A stretch of DNA of 64,000 nucleotides from Auanema rhodensis. Its lineage: Eukaryota; Animalia; Nematoda. The notes under the pieces were generated by a model, which was given only the letters and a program-made list of their open reading frames with translations, was not told the DNA's origin and made no database searches. Where the stretch lies: the NCBI GenBank assembly GCA_964057225.1, contig OZ059899.1, forward strand, positions 15,376,001-15,440,000. The letters are read 5' to 3'. A program made the translations under genes and the position numbers. Each line of letters begins with the position of its first letter. The stretch's first letter is position 1. This document shows positions 48,900 to 62,056 of this stretch, piece by piece.

Positions 48900-51248
48900 A
48901 CTCTCTATGTTTCTCTCTTTGTTATCACAAGAAAAAGCTAATATAAATTGTTATATCTTCAGTAAGCCAATGCGCTCACGTAAACACGTACGTCACGTGA
49001 AAAAAAAAAATTAACACGTCACATTTCATTTTTCTCGACGGACAAATCGGCTGCTTTCGTGTCAAATTCTTTACTAAAGATATTTAGGGGAACAATTATG
49101 AGAAGGTCATAGTAGATGTTGAGCGACATGCAAAGGGAAAGAAGGGGTAGATGAGCAGTGAGAGATAGAGAAAAACGAGGGAGAATTAACTGAAAATTAC
49201 TGTTGAACCACTAAGCAAAAGTAGTATACATCATGTGTCATGTGCAAAAATCCTAGAAACCCTTATATCTTTTCAGCCAAACTACAAAAAAAATAGAAAA
49301 AATATATTAAAACGATAAGAAATTTAGAAAAAATTTAAAAGAATCAAAAAATCATGTTTAAAAGTATATTCTGTAGTCCCCGAAATTTTCATAAACTGCT
49401 TGAAGTCTTCTTTCATGAATTTCATGAGTTTCATCAAAACTTCAAATATAATCTTTTAATATAGTGTTAGTGTCATTTATTAATTTATATTTCCAGGATC
49501 AAACAGCTCAAATCCGATGCCATGTGTCCAAAAAAGCCCACTTTGCCGAAGTGAATACCCTGGGTGCTGATGCAATGAGAAAATTAGAACTGTCTATACT
49601 TGTAGACAGGAAGATGGATAAGTTCAAGCTTATCAAACATATAAATGTTCTTGTACGTTTATTATGGGATTTTCTCTTTCGCGTTCGCATGGTAATAAAC
49701 CTCGTATATATACTACCAGCAAATTTATGTATGCATTATTTTCGTTGAGAGGAAACAACACGAAAATGCTGAAATTGTGAGAATTCAATCAATAATCTTG
49801 TTTCCAGATACAAATGTAATTAGTACTCCTTTCTAATAGCACTAAGGGATAATTTGACAATCTTCAAAGCATTTATCAAGCCATATGTTAGAAAAATACT
49901 GTTAGCTGAATAGGCACATATTACAGCATAACCAGATATAAAAGAATGGAGGGTCATTATATTGTTTAAGATATCATCAGTATTAGAACAAAAAAACGTT
50001 TTGTATGTTTACTACTTCAATCAAGTGGCTTCAATAGTTACAATTTTTCTATTTGAACTTGAGTGAAGTTTTGGCGAAAAAGTCAGTTGTAGTCTGAATT
50101 TACAATAAAATCAGTCTATGTATTATGTTGTTTTCCTATCATTAGAACAGATGAATCATATGAATGTCAAGATCTGACATTCAAGGTCATGTCGTCAGCA
50201 CCTCAGCTTGTGGGTGGAAACGACTACAGTAACCAAGAGTTAATAAAACCTCGTTCCTTCTGCTGGCTGGTCTTCTCCACTATTGAGAAAATCGATTGTA
50301 ACCCTTTTTATGTAAAATTGGCTGGCAACCAGTGGAAACGCTTCGTCGAGAGCTTAATGGCCCAAAAACAGACACATCCTCATAAAAAGCTGTTGTATGG
50401 CCATTTCGACTGAGTATACCGCTAATTGTGATTATGATGTTATGAGGAGGAAATAAGAAGGACGGGGCTACCCAGCATCTGGCCTTTAGCTGAACACTCG
50501 GGAATACGGTAATTGGACTAATTAGGGACTGTACTCAGAAAGCCGGAGAACCTTTGAAAGAACGAACAGAACGTCAGGAACTCATAGCGGCTCTTATCGT
50601 TCAAATCCATCTGAAGTAACCAGTTTGATAAGTGGTACGGAGATTGAAACGGCCTTGAATAAGGGGATATAGCCGGGTTTTCTGTTGACAGTAATCGAGA
50701 TAACTAGAACAAAGGAAGACGATTGGAAGGTAAAAATGTAAAAAAAGGACAATTAAAACCAACGTTGACCACAAAACGAGCCACATAAAAATCAAATAAA
50801 AGTTAACCATATTTACTATATTTAAGGACATAAAAACAAAACAAAAAAACACCAAACTATTAACATACAACACTCAAAAAGTTTGTACAACAACAAAAAA
50901 ACTATGAGATTACGGTAAATTATTACAAATTGGATATATTCGTTGAGGGAGTATTATTAGTATCTTTAATAAAACTGCTTAAGACGAGACTATATAGAAG
51001 AATAGGAAACAAACTTGGAGACTTAACAGTAAAGCAAAATTGTAGAATGTGCAGCTTGAAAAGATACAATACAATTTTTGGCCTTAAAAGGCACGTAATG
51101 ATGACTTGATGGGAGCGTACCTTATAGTTCAATGGAACCTATATGGTAAAACTTGGAAATCATTATTGTAGAGCGTATATACATAAGAAGTGGAATTAGC
51201 TAGAAAAAGAAGAAGCGCATCCTTAGTCAGAGATTCCATCCACATCTC

Positions 51249-54200
51249 TTAATTCCCCATCCGATTCTGAAATTAAAAAACTTTTTACATAGGCTCACTG
51301 TACACCGTTTGGCAACTAACCGTCTATTACAAGTCTGTCATCATCAGCTCCGCTCGAACTATAGTTTTCAGAATTATTAAGAAACTGGAAAGAAGAAATA
51401 TAATTTCGAAATAGGCTAGAATCAGATACCTCTTGATCGACTGGGATTTTATCATCAAGATTATTATTATTATTGGGGTTGGCAATCTTCTGTTTATCAA
51501 AAGCCTCAGTATGCTGAAAATAAACATATGTTCAACAAAGAACAGAACAAAAACTAAGTTCGAACCTCCTCAGAAGATGCTTCAGCATTACTAGATATCA
51601 CATAGCCTGGTCTCCATGTTTCATAGGGCTTGTCTCTATATTCTTCTCCTTCTGGGCGATCCGAGGTACCTCCAATAACAGATTGATAAACAAGGGCCTA
51701 AAACGGTACATGGAAGAAAAAATAGTTGTAAGACTTCCTTTCAGCTAAAAACTTACCTGGACTCTTGATTGCATTTTTTTATACTCCGTAACGTTTGACC
51801 CATATGTGTAGCAGCTAAGAAATGGATTATTAAAGAAAAATCCAGATTTCTGGAAAAAACAATTATGCTTAGTTAGAACCTATTAACGAACTACAGAAGG
51901 TGTTTGCCATTGCTGACATTCTTCGGAATTGGCAGTGGAACTGCTCGGATTCCGCCCACTTCTGAAAACGGAAATCATTTAAAGACAAAAAAAGATTTAA
52001 AAGCCCAACGTATTAGCATTAGTTGTAGTCGCTTTAGAGGTTGAATCCGAGGCATGGTTTAGTTCTGCTCCAGGTAGTGTTGTCCATTCCCCAATAGCAG
52101 GTTTTGCTTCCGTTCGAAGAGGAGACAATTTTGTGTCCATCAGAGAAGGCACGCATAGTCCAGGTAACAGAGATCTGAATTATTGATACAAACACCAACT
52201 TGTAAATAAAGAAATACTTTTTGACTTTGTTTACAACAGGTTCTCCTTCTGCCGCACGTACATCCCAACGCCTTCTTCTAATAGAACAAGATATTTTTGA
52301 GATTGAGCAAAGAAAAATTACCTTCGGCTACTTTCACGACTACCTGGAGCACTAGAATTGGAATCAAATCCAAATAAAGTTTCTTGGGAACTATCAGGAG
52401 TGCTGAGAGGAATAGGGGTTGTGCCATCGGAGAATGCACTACGAATGATTTTATGAGCGAACGAAGAAACTTGAGGTTTACCTTGGACAGTAATCTAGAG
52501 AAGTTTCATGAGAGACGTCAGGACTAGCTGCAGGAGGAACGTCATCATCAGCTTCATTTTCTTTATTCTCAGAATCATTGCAATCAGAATTCGTATGAAT
52601 TCGACGTTCATTATTATCTCCAGAAGAGAAATTTTGAGCCATATCATTGTCATCTTCCTCGTCAATTTCATGTTCATCTTCTTCTCCATCCTCCTCTCCA
52701 TCTTCTTCTTCTTCTTCGTCGTCATGTTCATCATCATTCTCATCCTCATTATTAATCTCCATTTCTTCCGCAGTACGAGAAGCTACTATGCTAAATTTCT
52801 CTCCAACTTTTTCTTCGGAACCAGAACTTTCATTTTCCTTGTCTTGTGCGCTTTCGAACACTTCATTATCATGATCAATTTCTGGGCTTTCACTATTCTT
52901 ATTCCCAAGGCTCTGACTTAAGCATATCTCTCCATCTGAAAAGCTTATTGTTCAGTTGAAACTGTTTAGAACACCAACCATCAATGTTCGAAGTACCTAA
53001 TTCGGTTGTTGAAGTTTCACTTATATCTAATCTAAACATATGAAAAAGCTTCTTTCAATTTTGATTTTAAGTCTTACATCTCCTGTTTTTCAACAGATTC
53101 AGGCAAATTTTCCTCAAAATATATCGGAGTACTAAAACGTTTCAATATATTTCGAAGAGTAAATTCTCATATTCTTACCAATCGTTGGAAAATTCTTCAA
53201 GGAATGTCGTATCCGTTCCTTTGTCTTCAGTAGTGCTCTCAGTTTTTTGGAAGAAATCACCTAAACAACTGTACATTATAGATGAACTGAAATCGGGAGA
53301 ACCCAGGTGACTGTAATTCAAGGCAGAGCAATTATTCTCAAAATCTGTCTGAATCGATCCTAAATGGAAATGACTAGCTATTTTGATGAAAGAGATAAGA
53401 CAGACTTGACACAGGATTGATTTCAATTTGTATACCACGATCAACGGTATCCTTGTCTGACGTAGTAAGGGAATCTGAAAATTATCAACAATGCAGAACA
53501 AGAGTTGCTACCAAACCTAGTTGACAACGAATAGCATCATTAACAGTTTTCTGAAGAATGAGGAAAGCTTTCTTTTCTCTATCACGTATAGTACGTTGCA
53601 AGAGTTCAAACTATAAATGGGATTAAACCCGAAACATACAGAAGAAGATCGATAAGTCATACCTCATCACTTTTACAAATATGGAATTTAGCAACCCACT
53701 CTGATACAAATCTCTTATCACATGTAGCACAATTGTAAATATGAAATCCTCCTTAACAATCGCAAAATTTCAAAGAAAGAAGAATAGTTTGCTACCTAAG
53801 TGAGCATGAGCGATATGCTCGAAAAGTAAAAGCAAATCCCATTTTTCAGAATGTTTAGATCCCGGCAGAGATTTACAAACAGGACAGGGATAAGCAGGCA
53901 AAAAGTCAAGTTCGCTTAAGCGAGATTTCTGAAACATTTTTATCGGTAAAGCTAAATTAATTATAATTTCTTGAAGTGCAAAATCCGAAGGTTCAAAAAC
54001 AAGATTATGAACCTTGGAAAGATCAAAAACTGATATTCGAATTTAGTTTTCACATAAAGTGAATGAAAATTGGACCTGGTCCCGATTATTTCTGCAAACG
54101 TGAAATGATCAAAAAACAAAAGATCATTTGTCGCTACTACCTCAAGAGGATTAGAAGAAATCTTCGAATACTTCAACAAAACTTCTTCATATATCAAAAC

Positions 54201-54302
54201 AAATGAGCAATCTTATTGTTTATTTTTTCTTGGTAAAAAATTTTCAAAAATTACCTTATTTCCATCAGAGTTGACCTCAAATTTTCGAGCCGCCTGAGCC
54301 AT
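51249..54302 (-). CDS. Zinc-finger protein (C2H2 plus C2HC fingers) with a long acidic region; family unassigned
   Basis: Starts tttttcag|ccATG (MAQAARKF...). Contains YPCPVCK...LFEHIAHAH and YNCATCDKRFVSEWVAKFHIC. A D/E-rich exon lies at about 52330-52935. Last exon ends ESDGEL*. Confidence 0.7.
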
Positions 54303-55566
54303 GGCTGAAAAATTAAAAAGGAATTGACAAAGTTGATAAAGAAGTAAGAGACAGATACGACATGAAAGAACAGAAGTAGTTCAAATTATATTAAATTTTC
54401 CTTTAGGTTCTGAGAATAATCTCTGAAAATCACCTAGAATATATCGGAACATTTTTAAAAAGGGTTTCACAAATTGCGTTTACTTATAATATGTTAAATA
54501 AATAAAATTATATATAAATTAAAAATTAGAGTTAGATTGTTGGAAATAAGAATCAAGCAGAGATGTGGAGCTAAATAGAACAATCAGCTAAGAGCTTACT
54601 GGCTCAGAAGAAGACTAAGGATAAGAATACTTTCCAAGATTTTATATTAGAAGATGGCAGTCTTATTTTATTAATAGGTCAAAAGAAGTAATCAAAGGCG
54701 GGAAAAGAAAAATATATGATTGAATCAATATATTTATTTTCCTGAATACCTGTAAATACATTACAGTAGAATAAAAAATTGGAAATCACACTTTATAATG
54801 ATACGCAGCTAAGAAGTATCGTTGTTGAATTCAAAATGTCTATTTACAGATTTCTTAATTACCAGCTTTGTTCATGATGATTTCTTTTTTTCTTCCAGGT
54901 TTCTTCTAGTTTTTAAAAGCTATATCATTGCCTATGCTATACATATTGTTTCTACAAAATAAAGTGTATAGTATCATCCAATTTTTATTATTTTGAATGT
55001 TTTTGAAAGATTTTTAACCATGCAATAGTAATTAAATCGGAGATAAATCTTCAGGGAATTACAAATATGAACAAAGATACCTGTAAACAACTTGTGTGGC
55101 TGCCGGTTTTTATGATAAAAATAAATAGAACTAGTGAAGAATATTCAACTGATTATAAATAAAAATTTGAAAAAATTAGGGACTGATCTATATCTCTACA
55201 TTCTTATAAAATATTCTTTATTATATTGCTTGTTGTTTCATATTTAATGCTTAAAGATTCAAATAAATTTCAAAACAGTCGTAAAACCTAAAAAAAACTT
55301 TTATGATATAATCTAAGCAGATGTACATATGCAATACTGCCTAACAGATCTTTTTTATAAAAAATTTGGAAAGGTATGACTAGTTATCTGGAAAATGGAA
55401 ATGAAATGAATAAATCTATATCTAAAAATTTCTCTCTGAATATATCAACCCGATACTCTTAACTATGCTGTTTGAGCAAATTTTGACAAGTTAAATGCGA
55501 TAAAGCAAAAATAATGAATCTCTTGTTTTCACCGTATATTCTGATTCAATCATATGGGCAAGGTTT

Positions 55567-58500
55567 TTAAGTATACATTTGCATGAGAGCTTTGATGATG
55601 TAATGACTTGTTCCATATTCACCGGCTGGAGCTGAATCATAAAAATGACGACAGATTCCTCGCGCGCCATCACAACGTTTTCCAGATGCACAGCATTCGA
55701 GAACGACAGTACCCATCTGTCTCTGAAAACAATCGTATCTGATACATATCAAAAGTTTTGAACGTACATTGTGTTCCACAAATATTTGATTGGCGCACAT
55801 CAAAATAGAGTGAAGAACTAACGGCTTATCACAAGGTATGTTGGGTTGATCAGTGCATATAAGCTTATCTAAATGGCCTAACAGCCATATAGTTTCAACA
55901 ACCTGAATTTCGAAAATGAATTAAAACAGATTCAAAGTAAAGCAGACGAACTATTTCACGATATTCTGGTTCAGCTATCTTGTTCAAAGTTTCCTCGACT
56001 TGAAGGGCAAACTTAATTTCCTTTCTTGTCATCTCTTGTGTCAGGCCCCAATGTAAGGTGCTATTATCTATAGTTAAACCATGAGGAAGACGATGAACGG
56101 TATCCCATAGAGCCTTAATTTGAAAAATATTATCATGTCACCTTTCATTACTTACTGCATAGAAATTGTGGGGAACTCTGTTTAAAGCACCATCGATAAT
56201 GCGATGTCTGAGCCAGATTCCAAATTGGAAACCAGATAAATCTTCGTCTAGCTCTTCTTCTGGTTGTTCTTGCACAGTTTGATGTTGTACACTGAGGTTT
56301 CTCATGGATTTACGGAGAGATTTTCGCTCTTCAATCTGTCTACGGAATGAACCGATTCCAGTGCGAGTTTCTTTAGCTGCTCCTTCCTCTTCAACATACT
56401 CTTCTAACAGACGTCCACTCAATAAAGAAAATATCATAGCTTTAAGCTCGAATGGACTGATTGTTAAAAGTTTTTCAGCAGCATCAGCAGCAGAATACGA
56501 TCTTATTCTTGCCAACTCAGAAGCCAAAACCTGAAAATGAATAAGCATGATTTCTGTACATAATATAAGTTCAAACCTGAATGATTAGTCCAATTCTCAA
56601 ACGAAACATTTCATTGAATAGTTTAGGTTCTGTTCTTACTAAGGATCCCAAAGAAACGATAATTTCCTTAAAAATAGAGTTTGAATGATTTACAAAAATT
56701 TGATTTCATACTTGACTAAGAGTGAAAGCATTAGGATCGTCAGCAAAAGCCCGTAACATGATTTCAGTTAATTCTTCATTTGTCTTAGGACATGTGATAG
56801 CTTCCTCTTTTTTTGATGGCATTCCAACCGTAATTTGCTTCTGTCGAACAAGTAGATGAGTTACAGCTTTACCTAATTCTTCTAATTGCTTCGCGAGTAG
56901 GCCAGCTGTCAACCGTACTAAAGCCCAGTCTCTAGCTTCGCATGCCTGAATTAATTCAAACTTTAATCTTTAAACAATATTTTTATACCTTTGTATGAAC
57001 TTCTTCCATTAAAGTCGTAATCGTAATAGATTGATCATGAATGGTAGCTACGAAATTAGGCCCACTGTAAAAATAAAGAGAATTTATATGGTGAGGAATA
57101 ACATACAATTTCATCCAAAGACAATGGATAATTGATGCTTGTTCTTCCAAAACAACTGTTTCTAAGAGCATATCCACTAGAATATCACCTTTCATGTCAT
57201 TCATCTGAGCCATATCTGGCATAGAACTAAAGCAAACCCTTGATAGACAGTACATTGTTTCACACATGTTTCACCTTTCACTATCCAAACGATTGCGGGT
57301 AGTGGTTGTAAGCACATTTCGTAATTGGGAACTACTCCTTTCCCTAACTGGTTGAAGAGGCTTATCAGTACTCGGCCCCGAAGCATTAGATAGTCGTTTT
57401 CGTTCGGTGACAGGTACAGGCGAAGTTGGCTCACTTTTGTCGTCAAAACTAAAATCTAGGTCTCCGTCTCCTTTAGTCTGATAAGCAAGTCTAAGTTTGA
57501 CGAGATCTGTAACAAGTTAATATTTGAAAAACAAGATTTTTTAAAAGTCTGACCATTATCATTACTATCAAGAACAATTGAACGATGTCTCATAGATGCT
57601 TTATGAATAAGCCCATAAGAACGACGATTTTTTACTGATTCTCCTCTTTTTATAATCCGTGGTGATACTCCAGAACTTGTTTTTGTAGCTAAATATTTTA
57701 AATTAGTTCCAGTTGTGATTCAAACTCATACCTTTCTTATCTACTTCATATGTTGGCAAATTAAACTGAGTTTGTTGAGAACCAAGATCGTCCAGAACAT
57801 CTCCAACATCTTCTTTGAATTCCATTTTACTAACAGCAGTTGTACGGAAGAAATCAGAAATATTCTTCATTACAATTCTAGAAAATTTAAAGTTTTAAGT
57901 TGCAGTTTCAAAAATGCTGACCTGGCTCCTCCCAAATAGCCAGTATTAATCTTCTTAATTGTACCCATCACAGTACTTTTCATATACTTATTCAGAGATA
58001 TGCTTGAAAAATTTGAAGAGCCATCCTGATATTATAGGTATAACACAAGATCTTTAGTTATTTAACTTACTGTTGATAGCATATTCTGATTTACTACAAG
58101 AACAACTAATGGTCTTCCACTAATACTAACTGAATTCCACGAAGCATATATATACTGCAATTCGGAACTCCACTCATCCATTAAAATTCTGATATCATAC
58201 ATCAAATGGGAACGTCTGTGTTCCATGAACTACAAATATAATAATTAGATAATTCCAAGTGGAAAGAGACTTACTTGAGGAGTAAAGATGACAAATTTTT
58301 TGTCAATTTGATATAGCTTACTTGTACTAAGTAAGCCTACATCTCGCTCACCTGGACGTCCACTAAGACGAAGTTTTTCAGATACGCCAACTCTGAAAAC
58401 GAATTAGGGTAAGATTGTATTGAGTTTTAACTAAGTTTCAACAAACTTTGAAAGTATATTCCTCAAAGTAGAAGCTGGTCTAATAACAAAAACAGGATCA

Positions 58501-60400
58501 ATCTGATCAACACGTTGTACACGGATACCATGGGATAGCAACTCCTCTTGAACTTCAGGAGTTTCGGCAAGTATAGAAACTGATATCAATCATTGAAATA
58601 ATTTTTAAAGACTATGTACTAACCTTGAACTTCACATGGAGGTCGTTTCTCATAGACTGAAAGCCGTCGACTGAGAGGATCAAGCTCTGCTGGACTCAGA
58701 AAGCCCTCATATAACAAGTTGCAAAGCACATAGAGAGATTGAGCCCACAAAAACGGACTAAAAAACAAAATTTAAACTGAAACATGGGGACAATCATACA
58801 CAGCTCCAGCTGCAGATCGTGGTTGCGAACATCGTTCCTGCTTCTCTTGAGTAACATGTTCAAGTTCAACTTTATACATTTCTGGTACAACACGATATCC
58901 AGATTCATTAACGACGAGAACCTACAAATTTACATTTAGAATAATAAAATTTAATGTAAAACCTTATCCAAGAGATGCCAATATTGTTCAACGGCTTCCT
59001 GATTTTTGGAATACATGGCATCTAAAAATAGGAAACAGAGAAACACTGGCCATTCACACTCGATATCTTCAAAACGTTGTAATTCCGATTTATTATAGTA
59101 GAGTCTAGAAGGATCCTGGAAAACAAATAATAATAAAGAATAATGCAGGCAAAACTAACCTCCAAGACAGTTTTATAACCATCTCTTAGAAATCGTCTAC
59201 ATCCATACTTTCCCATTAGTTTTGAAGTAATAGTATTGCGAGTACTTTCTACTAAGTCAGAATCTTCAACAGAAAATGCTGGATAGGAGATTATGGACAT
59301 CAAAGCAGCATCTGTTTCCTAAACAATATCTACTTTTTCAGATAACATTTAGATCATTTACTTTGCTAAAAGATTCTCTGGGTAGCATACTTGATAATAC
59401 TGCCGAACATTGTTCTATTTCATCAGGTAGGACATGAATAACAGATGCTTTTGAGCCATCTCCAAACAAATCTCCAACATCATTCAGAGCCTAAACACAT
59501 TGTTTCGAATGTTTTCAGATTATGTTGATATTTCGAATGTGTAATACCTGCAAAGCTGCTTTCACCAATCCTATTGAACTTGCATTTAACTCTCTAATTC
59601 CTTGGTTAGTTTTATCTCCCCTCTCCCAAACTCCAAAATCCTAGAAAACATTGTACAAAGATTGCGAAATAAATGTTATACCGGAGTACGATATCCTGTT
59701 TCAATATAGTATACCAAGTTCTGAATGAATGCTACTTCATCAAAATTTCTGACTATTTGCAATCCTTAAGTGATAAATCAAGTGAATGACTAATTGTAAA
59801 TATTGTACCAGAGGCTGTTATCTGTGCTAGAGTCAGAAGAAAAAGAGAGGTAGCATCCATTTGTAGGTGACCCCATTCATTGTCTCCACATACACTACCT
59901 AAATAAAATAATTATCATCTTCAGATATGAAGAGAACAGACTTTTTGTGGACACAGAGTATTTGGCATGAAGAGAATCCATAGGTCGTTGGTAGTTCTTG
60001 AACATTTCAACTTTGTCGGCTTGCCTCATCAAACATTCAAGTATAGACTGCATCATTTTGACACTATTTATACGTCTCAGTTAATAACAAAATTTAATAC
60101 ACGCTGCATTACCAGGTAAATCCTAACTCATTAGCTTTTGATAAATCCTCATCAAACTCCGCACTTTTCATATAAGCCCTATATAAAGCCCATAAAGAAT
60201 GAGCAATATATACGTTATCTCTTACCCAAGCATGACCTAATAACTCATTTTTTGCTTTAATTTAGTGTTGGTTCAATACCTGGAAATTCTTTCTTATTGG
60301 CGAACAAGGCAGTTACAGGATTTTGATATTTCATAATAGTTTGTTCCACCAGAAGAAGAATTCGGTCTAGTCGAACACCGGATCCACTACGGGATCTCAT
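55567..60400 (-). CDS. PHKA: Phosphorylase b kinase regulatory subunit alpha
   Basis: Starts [12 protein letters not shown]. Contains [62 protein letters not shown] and [12 protein letters not shown]. Confidence 0.95.
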
Positions 60401-60429
60401 CCCGACGATGGTGTATACCGCTGTTCTGT

Positions 60430-60770
60430 AAAATTTAATGTTCTATTGAGTTCTATAATTTTATAATTTATAATTAGTACTGATCGAGAATATAATTAAT
60501 TAAAGGAGATAATCATTGATCGAATTATGAAATTTAAAATATAATTGATAGCCAATTTAGTTTTCAGAATACCAGTTCCTGTCACAATTATGTTTTCAAG
60601 TTTATATCAGTATTTAAATTATTTTAAATTAAAATACTTGAAAAACCACAAACAGCGCATATGACTGTGGGCGGAGCTTATATGCAGTGGTTGCGCACAT
60701 CAAAAATTCCAGTTCTATTTCTAAATATTTCGAATAGGAGTACGTTCTTTTTAAAAAAAAAACAAGCACA
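60430..60770. promoter_or_regulatory. Compact bidirectional promoter between PHKA and EXOSC8
   Basis: The start codons are head-to-head and only 371 bp apart. A GC box (gtgggcggagct) at about 60667 is flanked by gcgca motifs. Confidence 0.55.
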
Positions 60771-60771
60771 G

Positions 60772-61903
60772 ATGTCTAAAACACTTCTGAAGTTATGCGA
60801 TCCTGTTACATATTTTGATCAATTCTTATCTGAGAATATATACCCTGATGGTAGACCAATTAATTCTTTTTCCGCTGTGTCATTTAAGGTATTCGAACCA
60901 AAAAATTAGCATATTTCATTTTTGCGCGTTTCAGAGTGGTGTTTCTGGTGGCGTAGGATCAGCGTTAGTTCGTCAGGGTGGTGTAACTGTATCATGTTCT
61001 GCTACAGCTAATGTTACTCTTAAAAATGATGATGATTTAATTATTCCAAATATTGAGGCTTCATCTGATATTAGCCAAGTCTGTTACTAATTTTATGATC
61101 AACTTAGCTTGCAAATATATAATTCAGAAAACAATGAACGAAATTTCTGATCTTCTTAATGAGCTTTTAACGAGAAACATAGTGTTAACACGAGAATCTC
61201 TTATTTGTAAAGGTACTGAAGACTCTGTCCCATTATGTTGGCAAATAATTCTGAACATTCGCGTATGTGATTTTTTTTCCAAATTATCATTTTTTTCTCG
61301 ACAATTCCAGATATTGAATAGTGATGGCTGTATTTCGGATGCTGTTATTGGGGCAGTGGTCGCCACTTTGTTGGACATTAAACTGCCCTATATTAAACTC
61401 AACCATGCTAAAGATGATGAAGCTCCTGTAGAAAAAAGTGAAATCGTTGTACAGGAGAACGAGGTATAAATTGTTTATTAGTGTTAGTTTTCTCACCATT
61501 AGTTCATTGATAGAAGTATTCATTGGAGCTTGCCGATTTTCCTGTTTCGTCAACATTTGCTTTGTATGAGTCCAATTTTGGCAAGGAACCGGTTTGTTAT
61601 TATAATCACTAAAGAATCAAAGCATTCTTTCAAGATATCACGAGTTTTGTGTGATCCAACTGCCGAACTTTTAAGTTCTTGTAAGGTGACGTGTTCTGTT
61701 GTAATGGGACAAAACGGTATGTTCTATCCAAAGTCGTTTTATGATCCAACATTTTGCCTTCACAAAGCAAATCATACTATTGTTTAGGTATTTTACTTCT
61801 GCGGACTAGAGGATCAATAAGCGACCCTTCTTTGATTTCTACTATTACAGGATGGGCGGAGAATAGGCGGCAGAATGTGCACAAAGCTATGCACCGTTCG
61901 TAG
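60772..61903 (+). CDS. exos-8: Exosome complex component RRP43 (RNase PH fold)
   Basis: Contains DPVTYFDQFLSENIYPDGR, GSALVRQGGVTVSC, LCWQIILNIR/ILNSDGCISDAVIGAVVATLLDIKLP and LCDPTAEL. Confidence 0.8.
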
Positions 61904-62056
61904 TTTTTTGTTGTTGAGCTTATTTGTTTTCTTGTTGAAAAAAGTGAATTGTTTCTATATTTAACTGTTTTTCATCATTCATACGGTCATTGAGTCCAAT
62001 AACTATTTTGCTCTAACCTTTTTGTGTAGTTATAATCCATACGATGAATTTTTCAG

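Noticed and set aside
54134-54144. Second let-7-like 11-mer (TGAGGTAGTAG, minus strand)
   Set aside because: It lies in a predicted coding exon, has no hairpin and does not match beyond 11 nt.
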